This document shows positions 1-10,000 of a stretch of DNA of 64,000 nt, one piece after another. The stretch's first letter is position 1. Every line of letters starts with the position of its first letter. Below the pieces are notes generated by a model. The model was not told the origin of the DNA and did not search any database. It saw only the letters and a program-made list of their open reading frames with translations. The stretch comes from Alphaproteobacteria bacterium (lineage in GTDB: Bacteria; Pseudomonadota; Alphaproteobacteria; MPNO01; UBA830). Where the stretch lies: positions 4,160,001-4,224,000 of the forward strand of contig OZ251539.1 in the NCBI GenBank assembly GCA_965243135.1, read 5' to 3'. The position numbers and the translations under genes were made by a program.

Positions 1-256
1 CCCAGACCACGTCTTCGCCGAGCAGGCGGCGGTCCGGAAACTCGTGCATCGTCTCGAGGGTGCTCGCCACTACGGCTTCGGCGCCGCGCATGTCGCCGGC
101 CGGCGTGCGGACGACGCAGTCCGGCGCGTAGTATCGACGGATCAGGTCGGGCCGGCGTCCCTCCCAGATCCGCGCCGTTATTTTGAGGATGTAGTCGGGA
201 AGGTCTTCGAAATCGGGATCGAATCCGCGCATGCCGTTGCCGTTCCTTCCTTCCAT
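1..256 (-). CDS. SnoaL-like/ester cyclase family protein (N-terminal part; runs off window)
   Basis: Manual translation MEGRNGNGMRGFDPDFEDLPDYILKITARIWEGRRPDLIRRYYAPDCVVRTP...TMHEFPDRRLLGEDVVW; not in ORF track because truncated. Confidence 0.75.
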   Translation of the reverse strand, partial: MEGRNGNGMRGFDPDFEDLPDYILKITARIWEGRRPDLIRRYYAPDCVVRTPAGDMRGAEAVVASTLETMHEFPDRRLLGEDVVW

Positions 257-330
257 GACGCTTGCGCGCCGATCTTCCGCCCGCCGCAGGCGCGAATCGG
301 TTCCGTCAGTATACCCCTTCGGAAAGCCCG

Positions 331-352
331 GCGCCTCGGAGTTGATAAAGGG
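331..352 (+). repeat. Half copy of dispersed palindromic site (GCGCCTCGGAGTTGATAAAGGG)
   Basis: 19/22 match to repeat terminus GCGCTTCGGAGTTGATAGCGGG at 31333-31354; intergenic at left edge of the methylase operon. Confidence 0.7.
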
Positions 353-402
353 CCTTAAATAAAGGCGGCCGGAACAAAAATCAGGAATACGCAAATCGCG
401 CT

Positions 403-2064
403 TCAAGTGCGGAACGGCTCGAATTCGTCAAATCCAGATCTGGACATATGTTGTTCGATCGCGCTGGCGGTACGAAGCGCCCGCCGTTGTTTCAGATCCG
501 CGACCCATATGAATTTTCGACCCTTTACGCTTTTGAAATGCAGTCTGCCGCGTTTCCCGTTTTTGACAGCCAAAACGGTTTTGGTTTCCGGATCCGGTTC
601 AAACTCGAATGACGCGACTTTCGTATAACCCTTGTCTGGAACTCTAAGGCCGATGAAACTTGTTTCGGTCTTGCTGATTCCACATGGCACCACATGTTCC
701 GGCTGTTTCTCTTCCTCCTTGAGCGGCACAAAAAGAAACGCCTGCGCTGTCTCCAAGCGCACCGAATCGCAGCTCGCCTGAAGGCAAAGCCAATGGTTGC
801 GTTTGGGATCCAGAACGATTGTACCGAGACCAAGTTCCGGAGAGAATTTTAGCTGCTTTATCGCATAATCATCCGGATGCGAACGCGTACCCGTCAGCGC
901 TGCAAATTTCTTCATCAACATATTGGCTTCAGCGGAATTTTTGGCAAATAGAGAGGTAAACGACTTCTTGAATCTTTCATTACCTGGCCTTCGAGCGACA
1001 TTGATTAAATTAGGAACATTCCGATATCCATTTAGTATCATCTCAATGACATCATTGACTTGTATGTCCGTTTCATTGTCGTTTTCGTCAATAAATTTGA
1101 GGCTATTACGCTCACCCGCTATCGATTGCACTCGACGTTCCAAAGCGGATTGACCAGCCAGATCCCGCCCGACTTTCCGAAGTCTTGTTGCGCTTGCCAG
1201 TTCCGAAAGAACGAGGTTGACCGCATATTCCTCCGCCTCGTCAGGAACCGGGATGCTCGCCCTATGATGAAAGTACGGTCCGTCCATGTCTCCGCTGAAG
1301 CTGCCCACGACTTGGTGCGTCACGTCTCTGATTTTTGCGACGGTCCCGAGCGCCACGTTCGACAACAGTCCCTCGGACAGCTTGGAAAACTCCTGCAACA
1401 GACGGTCCGGCAGTTCGGACTCGCTTATCTGATCGTTCGCCGAACCCGCTTGAAGCCTGGTACCATGTTTTTTGAACAGGCATACGATTTTCAACCCCAC
1501 TACGCTCCGTATTTCTCTTTTGTCGGAGACGCTCAATTTCATTCGCGATCGCTCGGCTGGCGTCCAAGATGTTTTGATGTCATTCAGTATCTTTCTCCGT
1601 CCGCGTTCCCCGGTATATATCGCGATCAGGCGAAGCCGACCGTTTCGTTCCTGATCGTGTCGGACAATCTCCCTGATCAGCGAACAGGTTGTCGCCCCGC
1701 TGTCGCCGTGGATTTCCCAGTCCAGACACACGATGTCCACTCGCGCCGCGGCTTTCAACACTCTCTGCGTGAGTTGATTCTGATTCTCTCCATGACGGTG
1801 ATGAAGCACGGAGCAGACCAACCCGATATCCATTGCGCCGTCCACGAGGGATTTTGCGTCGAGCACGTGAGTGACGTCTTGCTTTCCGGCAACGACATCG
1901 TCATTCTCTGCCGCCCGACGATGGCCGCGTCCCGGTCGAACGACAACGTTCGGCACTGGATCTTCGACGGTCTCCAAGGTGGCTTCGTCATCCACCACGA
2001 TCATGGTCTGAGCGAAACTTTCGGCAGCCTTCCGTCGATCCTCGCAAAAATCATCCCTCGTCAC
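403..2064 (-). CDS. Response-regulator receiver-domain protein with large uncharacterised C-terminal region
   Basis: IVVDDE acidic pocket and IVCLDW putative phosphoacceptor; GTG start at 2064 preceded by GGAGA; overlaps upstream kinase gene. Confidence 0.75.
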   Translation of the reverse strand: MTRDDFCEDRRKAAESFAQTMIVVDDEATLETVEDPVPNVVVRPGRGHRRAAENDDVVAGKQDVTHVLDAKSLVDGAMDIGLVCSVLHHRHGENQNQLTQRVLKAAARVDIVCLDWEIHGDSGATTCSLIREIVRHDQERNGRLRLIAIYTGERGRRKILNDIKTSWTPAERSRMKLSVSDKREIRSVVGLKIVCLFKKHGTRLQAGSANDQISESELPDRLLQEFSKLSEGLLSNVALGTVAKIRDVTHQVVGSFSGDMDGPYFHHRASIPVPDEAEEYAVNLVLSELASATRLRKVGRDLAGQSALERRVQSIAGERNSLKFIDENDNETDIQVNDVIEMILNGYRNVPNLINVARRPGNERFKKSFTSLFAKNSAEANMLMKKFAALTGTRSHPDDYAIKQLKFSPELGLGTIVLDPKRNHWLCLQASCDSVRLETAQAFLFVPLKEEEKQPEHVVPCGISKTETSFIGLRVPDKGYTKVASFEFEPDPETKTVLAVKNGKRGRLHFKSVKGRKFIWVADLKQRRALRTASAIEQHMSRSGFDEFEPFRT

Positions 2065-5026
2065 TGTTTCTCTCCATTCGCGAAATTCTGAACGCCGCTC
2101 CCGTGGAAGGCTTCCCGGCTTCAAGCGTCAGGTTCCAACCCTCCTTGTTCAACGCCGCCCTCGATATATGGAGCCCCATTCCCCTGCCTCCCGGTTTTCT
2201 CGAAAACCGCAACAGGAAAATGTTGGTGCGATCTCCCGCCCTTACGCCGGGGCCGTTGTCCCGAACCACCAAGGCCCCGTCTTCGGCGTCCAATTCGATC
2301 TCGCGCGGGCGATCCTTTATGTCCTTCAACCAGAATATCGAGTTGTCGACTAGGTTGGCGAAGGCCGAATAGAAGGTCGAAGGGTAACTGACGACCGTCG
2401 CTTCCCGGAAAGCGTCCGTAGTCGTCAAGGCAACGGAGTGGCGTTCCAGCCGCTGTTCGAACAGATCCCTGATGAACTTGTATATCTCCGTACCGCGAAC
2501 CTCCACCCGGTTGCCGTAAAGTCGACGGTCGAATGGCGTGAACATGGTCAGATAACCGTCGAGATGATCGAATGCGCCCCTCATGTCTCTGTAGAGATTG
2601 TCCATATCAGGATTGGCTCGGGCCCAAGCCCGCAATCTTCTGAAGCCGTCTCTGAGCGCGCCAACCGTCTTCTCGAACTCGTGGCTGACGATGCTCACGG
2701 CCATTCCAATCTGGGCCATTTCCAGATCGGTGTCGCGCTGTTCGCGAAGATCCTCCAGTTCTTCTTCCATCGCTACGACCACGTCAATCGAATCGAACTC
2801 CCCTTCCGACCACGATTGACCTAATTCGTCGAATTGCTCCTTCAGGCGCTGGAGACGTATGCGCTCGCGTTCGAACGCGCTGTCGATCTTCTGCTCCAGT
2901 TCCCTGCGTTTCCCGGCGAGGGCATCGACTCCGACCTGCGCGCGCTTTAGTCTCTCCAGTTCGGAAAGGACTTCGTCTACGGTGGAGTTCACGGTTCTGA
3001 AGCTGTTTCTCGTCGTGGACTGCGCGATGGCAGCCACCTTCGAAACCGCTTCGTCCGACTCTTTTCTCAGGCGACGAACCGCTCCTACGGCTGTCTGGCT
3101 TCGCGACCGCACCGCCGAGTCGATTCGCACGAATTGATGGAATGGCAGCTTGAAGTTCGCCGCCGAAGTGCCGACATATTCCTCGATCTGCAATTCGGCC
3201 GGGCCGAGAACGTCGCTTTCCAGCCGTTCGAACTCGCGCGTATAGTCGAGCCACTGGTTGGACAGCCTTCGGGGCAATCCAACTCTCGGCCTGACGACGA
3301 TCGATCGTGCGCGGATCTCCTGCAGCTCTCCGCGCCCGTCCCTCTCTATCCTCATGAGCGCCAGCGCTTTCCCTCTAGGATCGCGTTTTGACCGAAGCAC
3401 CCGATCAGTTCCCCGTTTGACCTTCTCCAGCGTTTCTTCCGTTTCCTTCTCTATAGCGTGCCCGGCAAGTCCGTCAAAAAACAGTTCGAGAGACCGTTCG
3501 AAATTCTGCCGTTTGGAACTAGCCTGCCGCGCTCGGCGCTTTCGGCTTTCGTCCGCTTTCTGGAGTTCTTGCCTTTTCCGTTCCCAGTCTTCCGAGCGGT
3601 TTCCGTCTTCGCGGAAAAAATCGCCAGCGGACTGAAGAAAAAAATTGATGAGAATCGAGCGGAACTGACGATACGCTAGATTCTCGCTGAAGCCCTCCCT
3701 CCCGGCCTTTTCGTTCAAGGCTCCGTTGGCGGCGGCAGTGAGTTCTATCGCGCCGAACATTCGCCGAAACGAATAGAAGTAGTAGCCCGCGCCAAGCGTG
3801 CGGCGCCTTTCGATGTCCAGCCAGTCGTAATCCGCTCCTCCGTATGGCTGAACCCGGATACCGTCTCTGTATATGTATATTCCGCCCAGTCTGCCGGTTT
3901 TCCGGCTCATGCGCGCAAAATCCTCCGGCGGCACCAGGGATGCGGAGCGTTCGCCCTGCAGGATGGCGACCGACAGATCGAAGGGCCCGCATATCGTCTT
4001 GCGGCCGTCTCCCTCGTTCCAGCTCAGCACGTATCTATCCGGTTTCGTCTGATAGACGTGGACATTTCCCTGAAACTGACCGTATTCGTCGAAGCGGCCT
4101 TCGATGCGATGATCGACCATCAGGAATTCGTCTGGAGTGAAAAACGCGCTTTCGCCGATAAACTCCCGCGGCGCGCCTTCGTCCGGATAGTCTCGAAAGC
4201 GCGCCACGATTGGCGGAGGCTTGCTTCCCGGCGTCATGGTGTTCGTGAAGCCGAGAAGGTGCTTCTCGAAGTTCGTCGCCTTGTCCTGCTCCCTTGTATC
4301 CATGTCGTCCTGGACAAGGCGTTCCATCGGTCTGACGAAGAAGTGGGTGCCGGCGCCTTCGCCGGAAAGGGAGGGCGCGCCGAGCTCCGCGTTCAACTTG
4401 CGCGGATCGAGGTCGAATTCGTCCAGATCCCGCCTGATCGCCGCGAGGCGGTCGCGGTCGATCCGATCGGCAAGCCTGTCCACGACATTCGAATACTCGG
4501 CCGTCATCTCCCTGACCGCCGCTCCGTCCGGCAGTGCGGCCGCCGGAAATTCCCGGACGGGGATTTCAATCTCGTCGAGATCGAGTCCTGGAAGCTCGAA
4601 GAGTTTCCAATTCACGAAGGCCGCGACCAGCCCGTCGCCGGGAACGCCGTTCCTTCTGGCGCGGGTAAGGATGAATAGCTGGGGGCCGAGAATCGCGGCC
4701 GCGAGACGTCCGATTCCTTTTTCTCCAAGTGTCGGCCGCTTCGGCTGATCCGGATCCCTTGGGGGCGGCGGCAATCCTTGTTTCGTCCCCAGCTTGCTTT
4801 CCGTCCCCAAGGTGAGCCAGCGTTTCTCGAAATCGTCGCGCGTCATGCCGAGGCCGTCGTCCCGAAGCACCAGCAAGTCGTCTTCGCGGAAATAGTCGAC
4901 CTCCACGTTCCGGGCGTAGGCGTCATGGGCGTTCTTGAACAGCTCGCTGATCGCGGTCGGAATGCCGGCGATCTGCTGCCGGCCCAGCATGTCGACGGTA
5001 CGCGCGCGTACGTGAAACCTGGCCAT
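2051..5026 (-). CDS. MORC/GHKL ATPase - coiled coil - histidine kinase fusion protein
   Basis: N-terminal ELFKNAHDA, DDGLGM, GEKGIGRL GHKL motifs; long coiled coil; C-terminal SHEF H-box, NLVDNS, DNGPG, GRGMGL. Confidence 0.85.
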   Translation of the reverse strand: MARFHVRARTVDMLGRQQIAGIPTAISELFKNAHDAYARNVEVDYFREDDLLVLRDDGLGMTRDDFEKRWLTLGTESKLGTKQGLPPPPRDPDQPKRPTLGEKGIGRLAAAILGPQLFILTRARRNGVPGDGLVAAFVNWKLFELPGLDLDEIEIPVREFPAAALPDGAAVREMTAEYSNVVDRLADRIDRDRLAAIRRDLDEFDLDPRKLNAELGAPSLSGEGAGTHFFVRPMERLVQDDMDTREQDKATNFEKHLLGFTNTMTPGSKPPPIVARFRDYPDEGAPREFIGESAFFTPDEFLMVDHRIEGRFDEYGQFQGNVHVYQTKPDRYVLSWNEGDGRKTICGPFDLSVAILQGERSASLVPPEDFARMSRKTGRLGGIYIYRDGIRVQPYGGADYDWLDIERRRTLGAGYYFYSFRRMFGAIELTAAANGALNEKAGREGFSENLAYRQFRSILINFFLQSAGDFFREDGNRSEDWERKRQELQKADESRKRRARQASSKRQNFERSLELFFDGLAGHAIEKETEETLEKVKRGTDRVLRSKRDPRGKALALMRIERDGRGELQEIRARSIVVRPRVGLPRRLSNQWLDYTREFERLESDVLGPAELQIEEYVGTSAANFKLPFHQFVRIDSAVRSRSQTAVGAVRRLRKESDEAVSKVAAIAQSTTRNSFRTVNSTVDEVLSELERLKRAQVGVDALAGKRRELEQKIDSAFERERIRLQRLKEQFDELGQSWSEGEFDSIDVVVAMEEELEDLREQRDTDLEMAQIGMAVSIVSHEFEKTVGALRDGFRRLRAWARANPDMDNLYRDMRGAFDHLDGYLTMFTPFDRRLYGNRVEVRGTEIYKFIRDLFEQRLERHSVALTTTDAFREATVVSYPSTFYSAFANLVDNSIFWLKDIKDRPREIELDAEDGALVVRDNGPGVRAGDRTNIFLLRFSRKPGGRGMGLHISRAALNKEGWNLTLEAGKPSTGAAFRISRMERNSDEG

Positions 5027-6112
5027 CTATCCCGCGCAGGTCCGGCAGACTTCCTCATGCCGAAGGACATGCCTGCCGACGGCGCTCGCCAGCCTGACCG
5101 GAACCGCGTTCCCGATCTGACGCGCCATTGACCCTATACCTCCGAAAAATTCGAACGAATCGGCGAAAGTCTGAAGTCTCGCCGCTTCCCGTACGCTCAG
5201 CGCCCTGTTCTGCTCAGGATGTCCGTAGCGCCCGTTCGAAAGGCTGATGCACCGGGTCGTCAGGGCAGCTGCGGGCCGGTCCTTGCGAAGTCTTCCGTAA
5301 ACGTCCGTATGGCCCTTGTAATTGTTGTGGCAATCAAGTCTGAGGCGCTCAGGCCAGCTTTCCCGTCCGCAGCCGGGAGGGGTCGCCCGGATTCGCTCCA
5401 GATTTATCCGCGACAGGTTCGCCGCGCAATGATTGGCGATTTTCTCGCAGGATTGGCCGGCCTCCAGCGAGGGAAGGTCCTCGATCCATTTCCACACGGA
5501 CTCCGGTTCAGGATGGTCGGTGCCGGGTCCGTGCGTCGCGTCCGGCACCTCGATCGGGCCGAGCAGGCTGGCCAGCAATACGAAGCGCCGACGGTATTGA
5601 GGGACGCCGAAGTCCTGCGCCTTCAGAATCCCCGTGTCGTGTTTGTATCCCAGCCTATCGAGCAGTTCGGTAAACCTGTCCAGCGGCCCCCCCTTTTTGT
5701 TGTCGACGTCCTGAAGTCCGGCGACATTCTCGACGAAGACGTAATCAGGTCGAAAGGTTCCGATGAACCGGTGGATTTCGTCGAGCAGGCTGGCGCGGGT
5801 GTCCTTGCGGTCCCGGGTCGTCCGTTGCCTGGTGAACGGCTGGCAGGGAGCGCAGGCCGAAAACAGCAACGGGCGCTTCCGGTTTTCCCGGTTCTCCGGA
5901 ATCACCGATGTCAGATCGCTATGCCGGAGATGCCGGATGTCTTTCAGGAAAAATTTCGCATCCGGAAAATTCCCGGCGAACGTGCGCCCGGCATCGGCAT
6001 CATTGTCGATCCCCGCAAGGATCCTCATGCCCACCTCCTGCAGCCCGGCACTCGTGCCTCCGCATCCGCAGAAGAAGTCAACCACTTCGATCACAGACAA
6101 CCCGCCATGCAT
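5027..6112 (-). CDS. dcm: DNA (cytosine-5)-methyltransferase
   Basis: DFFCGCGG motif I, APCQPF catalytic PC, ENV, QYRRRF, REAARLQTF, QIGNAVP. Confidence 0.93.
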   Translation of the reverse strand: MHGGLSVIEVVDFFCGCGGTSAGLQEVGMRILAGIDNDADAGRTFAGNFPDAKFFLKDIRHLRHSDLTSVIPENRENRKRPLLFSACAPCQPFTRQRTTRDRKDTRASLLDEIHRFIGTFRPDYVFVENVAGLQDVDNKKGGPLDRFTELLDRLGYKHDTGILKAQDFGVPQYRRRFVLLASLLGPIEVPDATHGPGTDHPEPESVWKWIEDLPSLEAGQSCEKIANHCAANLSRINLERIRATPPGCGRESWPERLRLDCHNNYKGHTDVYGRLRKDRPAAALTTRCISLSNGRYGHPEQNRALSVREAARLQTFADSFEFFGGIGSMARQIGNAVPVRLASAVGRHVLRHEEVCRTCAG

Positions 6113-6225
6113 TCGACCAATCGCGGACAGCCCGAATCCCCGCCATCCCCTGAGCTCTTCATAGCATCGGCAGAGGAAATTTCCAGAAATTTGAGAACTT
6201 TGGATATGCGTCGCACCGGCGCGCG

Positions 6226-6265
6226 TTGACTTCCATTGCGAAACGCTTTAGAACAAAAGATGAAT
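6226..6265 (+). promoter_or_regulatory. sigma70 promoter overlapped by alphaproteobacterial LexA (SOS) box
   Basis: TTGACT(6226)-17 bp-TAGAAC(6249); GAAC-AAAAGAT-GAAT at 6251-6265 fits GAAC-N7-GAAC; directly upstream of imuA. Confidence 0.8.
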
Positions 6266-6279
6266 CTCCGGATGACGCC

Positions 6280-7005
6280 ATGCTTGAACGATACTCACGA
6301 AGCCGGTCCGCCGGCGACGGTGCGGCGGCCGGCCCCGAGGCCGTCCGGCGGGCCGACGCAAGCGCGCCGGTCGACCCTTCGGACCTCGGGTTTCTGCGCA
6401 GCGCCCTGCACGAGGTGTTCGCCGCGGACGCGGGCGCCGCGACGGCTTTCTGCGCTCTGCTGGCCGGCCGGCTGGCCCGCGCCGGAAACTTCGTCCTTTG
6501 GTGCGAACAGCCCCGGGCGCTCGACGCCGGCGAGCTTTACGCACCGGCGCTGCGGACTTTCGGCGTCGATCCCGAGCGGATGCTTCTGGTGCGGGCGCGA
6601 CGCGACGCGGATGCGCTATGGGCGATGGAAGAGGGTTTGCGCAGCCGCAGCCTCGCCGCGGCGGTCGGCGAAGTCGCCGAACTGAGCCTGACCGCCGCCC
6701 GCCGCCTGCAACTTGCCGCCGAGGCCGGCGGCGCCGCGGCGATCGTCCTGCGGCCGAATCGCGAGACGCCGTCGCCGGGAGCCGCCGCGACGCGCTGGCG
6801 CATCGGCGAACCGCCGGCCCGAACGGTCGACGCGCCGCGGCAGCCGGCTTCCCCGGGCCTCGGCGCAGCGCAATGGCGGGCGAGGCCGTTTCGCTGCCGG
6901 GGCGGCGCCTTCCGAATGATCGAGTGGAACCATGAAACGGGTGATTTCTCTGTGGCTGCCCCGGTTCGCGACGGACCGCGCGCGCTGCCGGAACCGGCCG
7001 GATAG
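6280..7005 (+). CDS. imuA: ImuA (RecA-like inactive ATPase, translesion synthesis)
   Basis: ALHEV, GELYAPAL, DALWAMEEGLR, LTAARRLQLAAE, AATRWRI; ATG 6280 chosen because the track's TTG start lies in the -35 box. Confidence 0.88.
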   Translation: MLERYSRSRSAGDGAAAGPEAVRRADASAPVDPSDLGFLRSALHEVFAADAGAATAFCALLAGRLARAGNFVLWCEQPRALDAGELYAPALRTFGVDPERMLLVRARRDADALWAMEEGLRSRSLAAAVGEVAELSLTAARRLQLAAEAGGAAAIVLRPNRETPSPGAAATRWRIGEPPARTVDAPRQPASPGLGAAQWRARPFRCRGGAFRMIEWNHETGDFSVAAPVRDGPRALPEPAG

Positions 7006-10000
7006 ACCGTTCGGCCTGATCGAATCTCGCGGCGGCCAGTTTCTGCTGCATGCCGTCGACGAGAAGGCGGAACGGGCCGGGATCCGCGTCGGGCAGACAT
7101 TGGCCGACGCCCGCGCGATTCTGCCCGAGATCGACGCCGCCGAAGTCGACCCGGCGGCGGAAGCGCGCGCCCTGGCCCGTCTCGCGGAATGGTGCGGCAG
7201 ATACACTCCGTGGACCGCTCCCGGCGGTTTCGGAAACGTCGGCGACGGCTCGGTCTGGCTCGACGTCACCGGTTGCGCCCGCCTGTTCGGCGGCGAGCCC
7301 GCCTTGCTCCGCGACCTGGCGCGCAAAGTCGGAGATCTCGGTTTCTCGGCCCGCGTCGCGGCCGCCGACACGCCGGGCGCCGCGTGGGCCGTCGCCCGTT
7401 ACGGCCGTTCTCGCGTGGAGCGCGTTCTCCGGGGCCAGTCCCGGGACGCGATCGCGCCGCTGCCGGTCGCGGCGCTCCGGCTGACGCAGCCGACCGTCCT
7501 GGACTTGCATGCGCTGGGGCTGCGTCGAGTCGACGATCTGCTGGCCATGCCGCGGGCGACGCTGGCCGACCGGTTCGGCCGCGAAATCGTCGATCGGCTG
7601 GACCAGGCGCTGGGCGCTCGCCCGGAGCCGATCTCGCCCGTCGCCCCGGCGAGCCGGACGTTCGCGCGAGTCGGATTCTCCGAGCCGGTCGGACGCAGCG
7701 AGGATATCGCCGAAGCGCTGGGCAACCTCGCAAGCGAGATCGCGGCCGCCCTCGAGGCCGAAGCACGCGGCGCACGGCGACTGGTCCTCGCCCTCCATCA
7801 TTCGGACGGCGCGGTCGACCGGCTCGCCGCCGGGACGAGTTGGCCGAGTTGCGACGCCGGGCATCTGGCGCGCCTGTTCGCCGAACGCCGCATCGAGTCG
7901 GCGTTCGGCGTCGACGCCATGACGCTGACCGTTGCCGAAAGCGAGCGGCTGCGGCCGCTGCAGGCTGCCTTCGATCGCGGCGGTCAGGAAGCGGACGTCG
8001 CCGAGCTTGCCGACCGGCTGAGCGCGCGGCTCGGCGCCGACCGCGTGTTGCGGCCTTCGCCGCGGGAAAGCCGCATTCCGGAACGCGCAGTCGAACTGTC
8101 CCCCGTCACGGCCATGCGGCCGCCGCCGAGCGCTTCGTGGCGGGACGGGATCCTTCCTCTACGGCTTTTTTCCCCGCCGGAAGAAATCGAGGCGGCGCCG
8201 CCGGGTTTCGACGATCCGCCGACGACGTTTCGCTGGCGCAGGCGAACGTTCCGCGTCGAGCGCGCGGACGGTCCCGAACGGCTGTCGCCGGAATGGTGGA
8301 GACCGGACGACCGGGCCGCCTCCCGCGACTACTACCGGGTCGAGGACGATAACGGCCGCCGTTTCTGGATCTACCGGGAAGGCCGCTCCGGGTGGCGCCT
8401 CCATGGAATATTCGGAAGAAGCGCCGCGCGGGCGGGACAAAGACCGGGCGCGCCGGAACGCCGGAAGCGCCCGAGCGCTCCGCCTCGCCGGCCCGCCCGC
8501 CCGCCGCCCTACGCCGAGCTCGCCGTCACGACCAACTTCTCCTTTCTCCGGGGCGCGTCCCATCCCGAGGAACTCGTGGCCAAGGCCGCCGCGCTCGGAC
8601 TTTCCGCGGTTGCCGTTGCCGACCGCAACACGCTCGCGGGCGTGGTCCGCGCCCATCAGGCCGCGAAAGAGGCGGGCATCCGGCTGCTCGTCGGCGCGCG
8701 GCTCGATTTCGAGGACGCGCCGCCGCTGCTCTGCTTTCCGTCCGACAGGGCGGCCTACGGCCGGCTCTCCAAACTCATCACCCTCGGCCGCCTGCGCGCT
8801 CCCAAGGGCGCCTGCGCGCTTCGTCTGGAAGATCTTGCCGCGCATGCCGGAGGACAGTCCCTCGTCGCGATGCCGCCGGACGACCCCGAGGATCCGCAAA
8901 TCCTCGGCTACCTTGCCCGGCTGCGCGAGATGCCGGGAGCCGGCGTCTGGGCGGCCGCGCGCTTCCGCTACGGCGGCGGCGATGCGGCGCAGCTGCGGAA
9001 GATCGCCCGCCTCGCGGCGCGGGCCGGGGTTCCCATGGTCGCGATCAACGACGTCTGCATGCACGTTCGGGAACGCAAGCCGCTGCTCGACGCGCTCGCC
9101 TGCATCCGCGAAGGCTGCACGATCCGCGAGGCGGGTTTCAGGTTGGAGCGCAACGCCGAGCGTTGCCTCAAGCCGCCCGAAGAGATGGCGCGGCTGTTCC
9201 GGGACTATCCCGACGCGGTACGGCAGACGATGGAAATAGCCGGACGTTGCGCCTTCTCGCTGGACGAGTTGCGCTACGACTATCCCGACGAGGCGCCGTC
9301 CGGCGCGACCCCGCAGGCCGAGCTCGAACGCCTGGTTTGGGAGGGCGCCGCCGAACGTTATCCAGACGGCGTGCCGGACGACGTGAAAACGCAGGTCGCC
9401 CGCGAGCTCGGGCTGATCGGAGAGCTGGGCTACGCGCCCTATTTCCTTACCGTTCAGGATATCGTCCGCTTCGCCAGATCCAGGAGCATTCTGTGCCAGG
9501 GACGCGGGTCGGCGGCCAATTCCGCGGTTTGTTATTGCCTCGGCATCACCGCCGTCGATCCCGTGCGCATGGATCTCCTGTTCGAGCGCTTCGTGTCGGC
9601 CGCGCGCCGGGAGCCGCCCGACATCGATGTCGATTTCGAGCACGAGCGCCGCGAAGAGGTCATTCAGTACGTCTACGGCAAATACGGCCGCGAACGCGCC
9701 GCGCTGGCGGCGACCGTCATCCACTACCGTGCGCGCATGGCCGTGCGCGAGGTCGGCAAGGCGATGGGACTCAGCGAAGATACCACCGCCGCGATCGCCT
9801 CCACGGTCTGGGGATGGAGCGGGAATGGCATAGCCCCCGAACAGGCTGGCGAGGCCGGTCTCGATCCGAACGACCCGCAGCTTTGCGCAACCCTTCGACT
9901 CGCCGGCGAGCTGACCGGCTTTCCGCGCCACCTGTCGCAGCATCCCGGCGGCTTCGTCGTCACGCAGGGACCGCTCTCCGAACTCGTCCCCGTCGCCAAC

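Noticed and set aside
1115-1130. CCCGCTATCGA resembling the repeat terminus
   Set aside because: Short match inside an intact CDS; compatible with chance.
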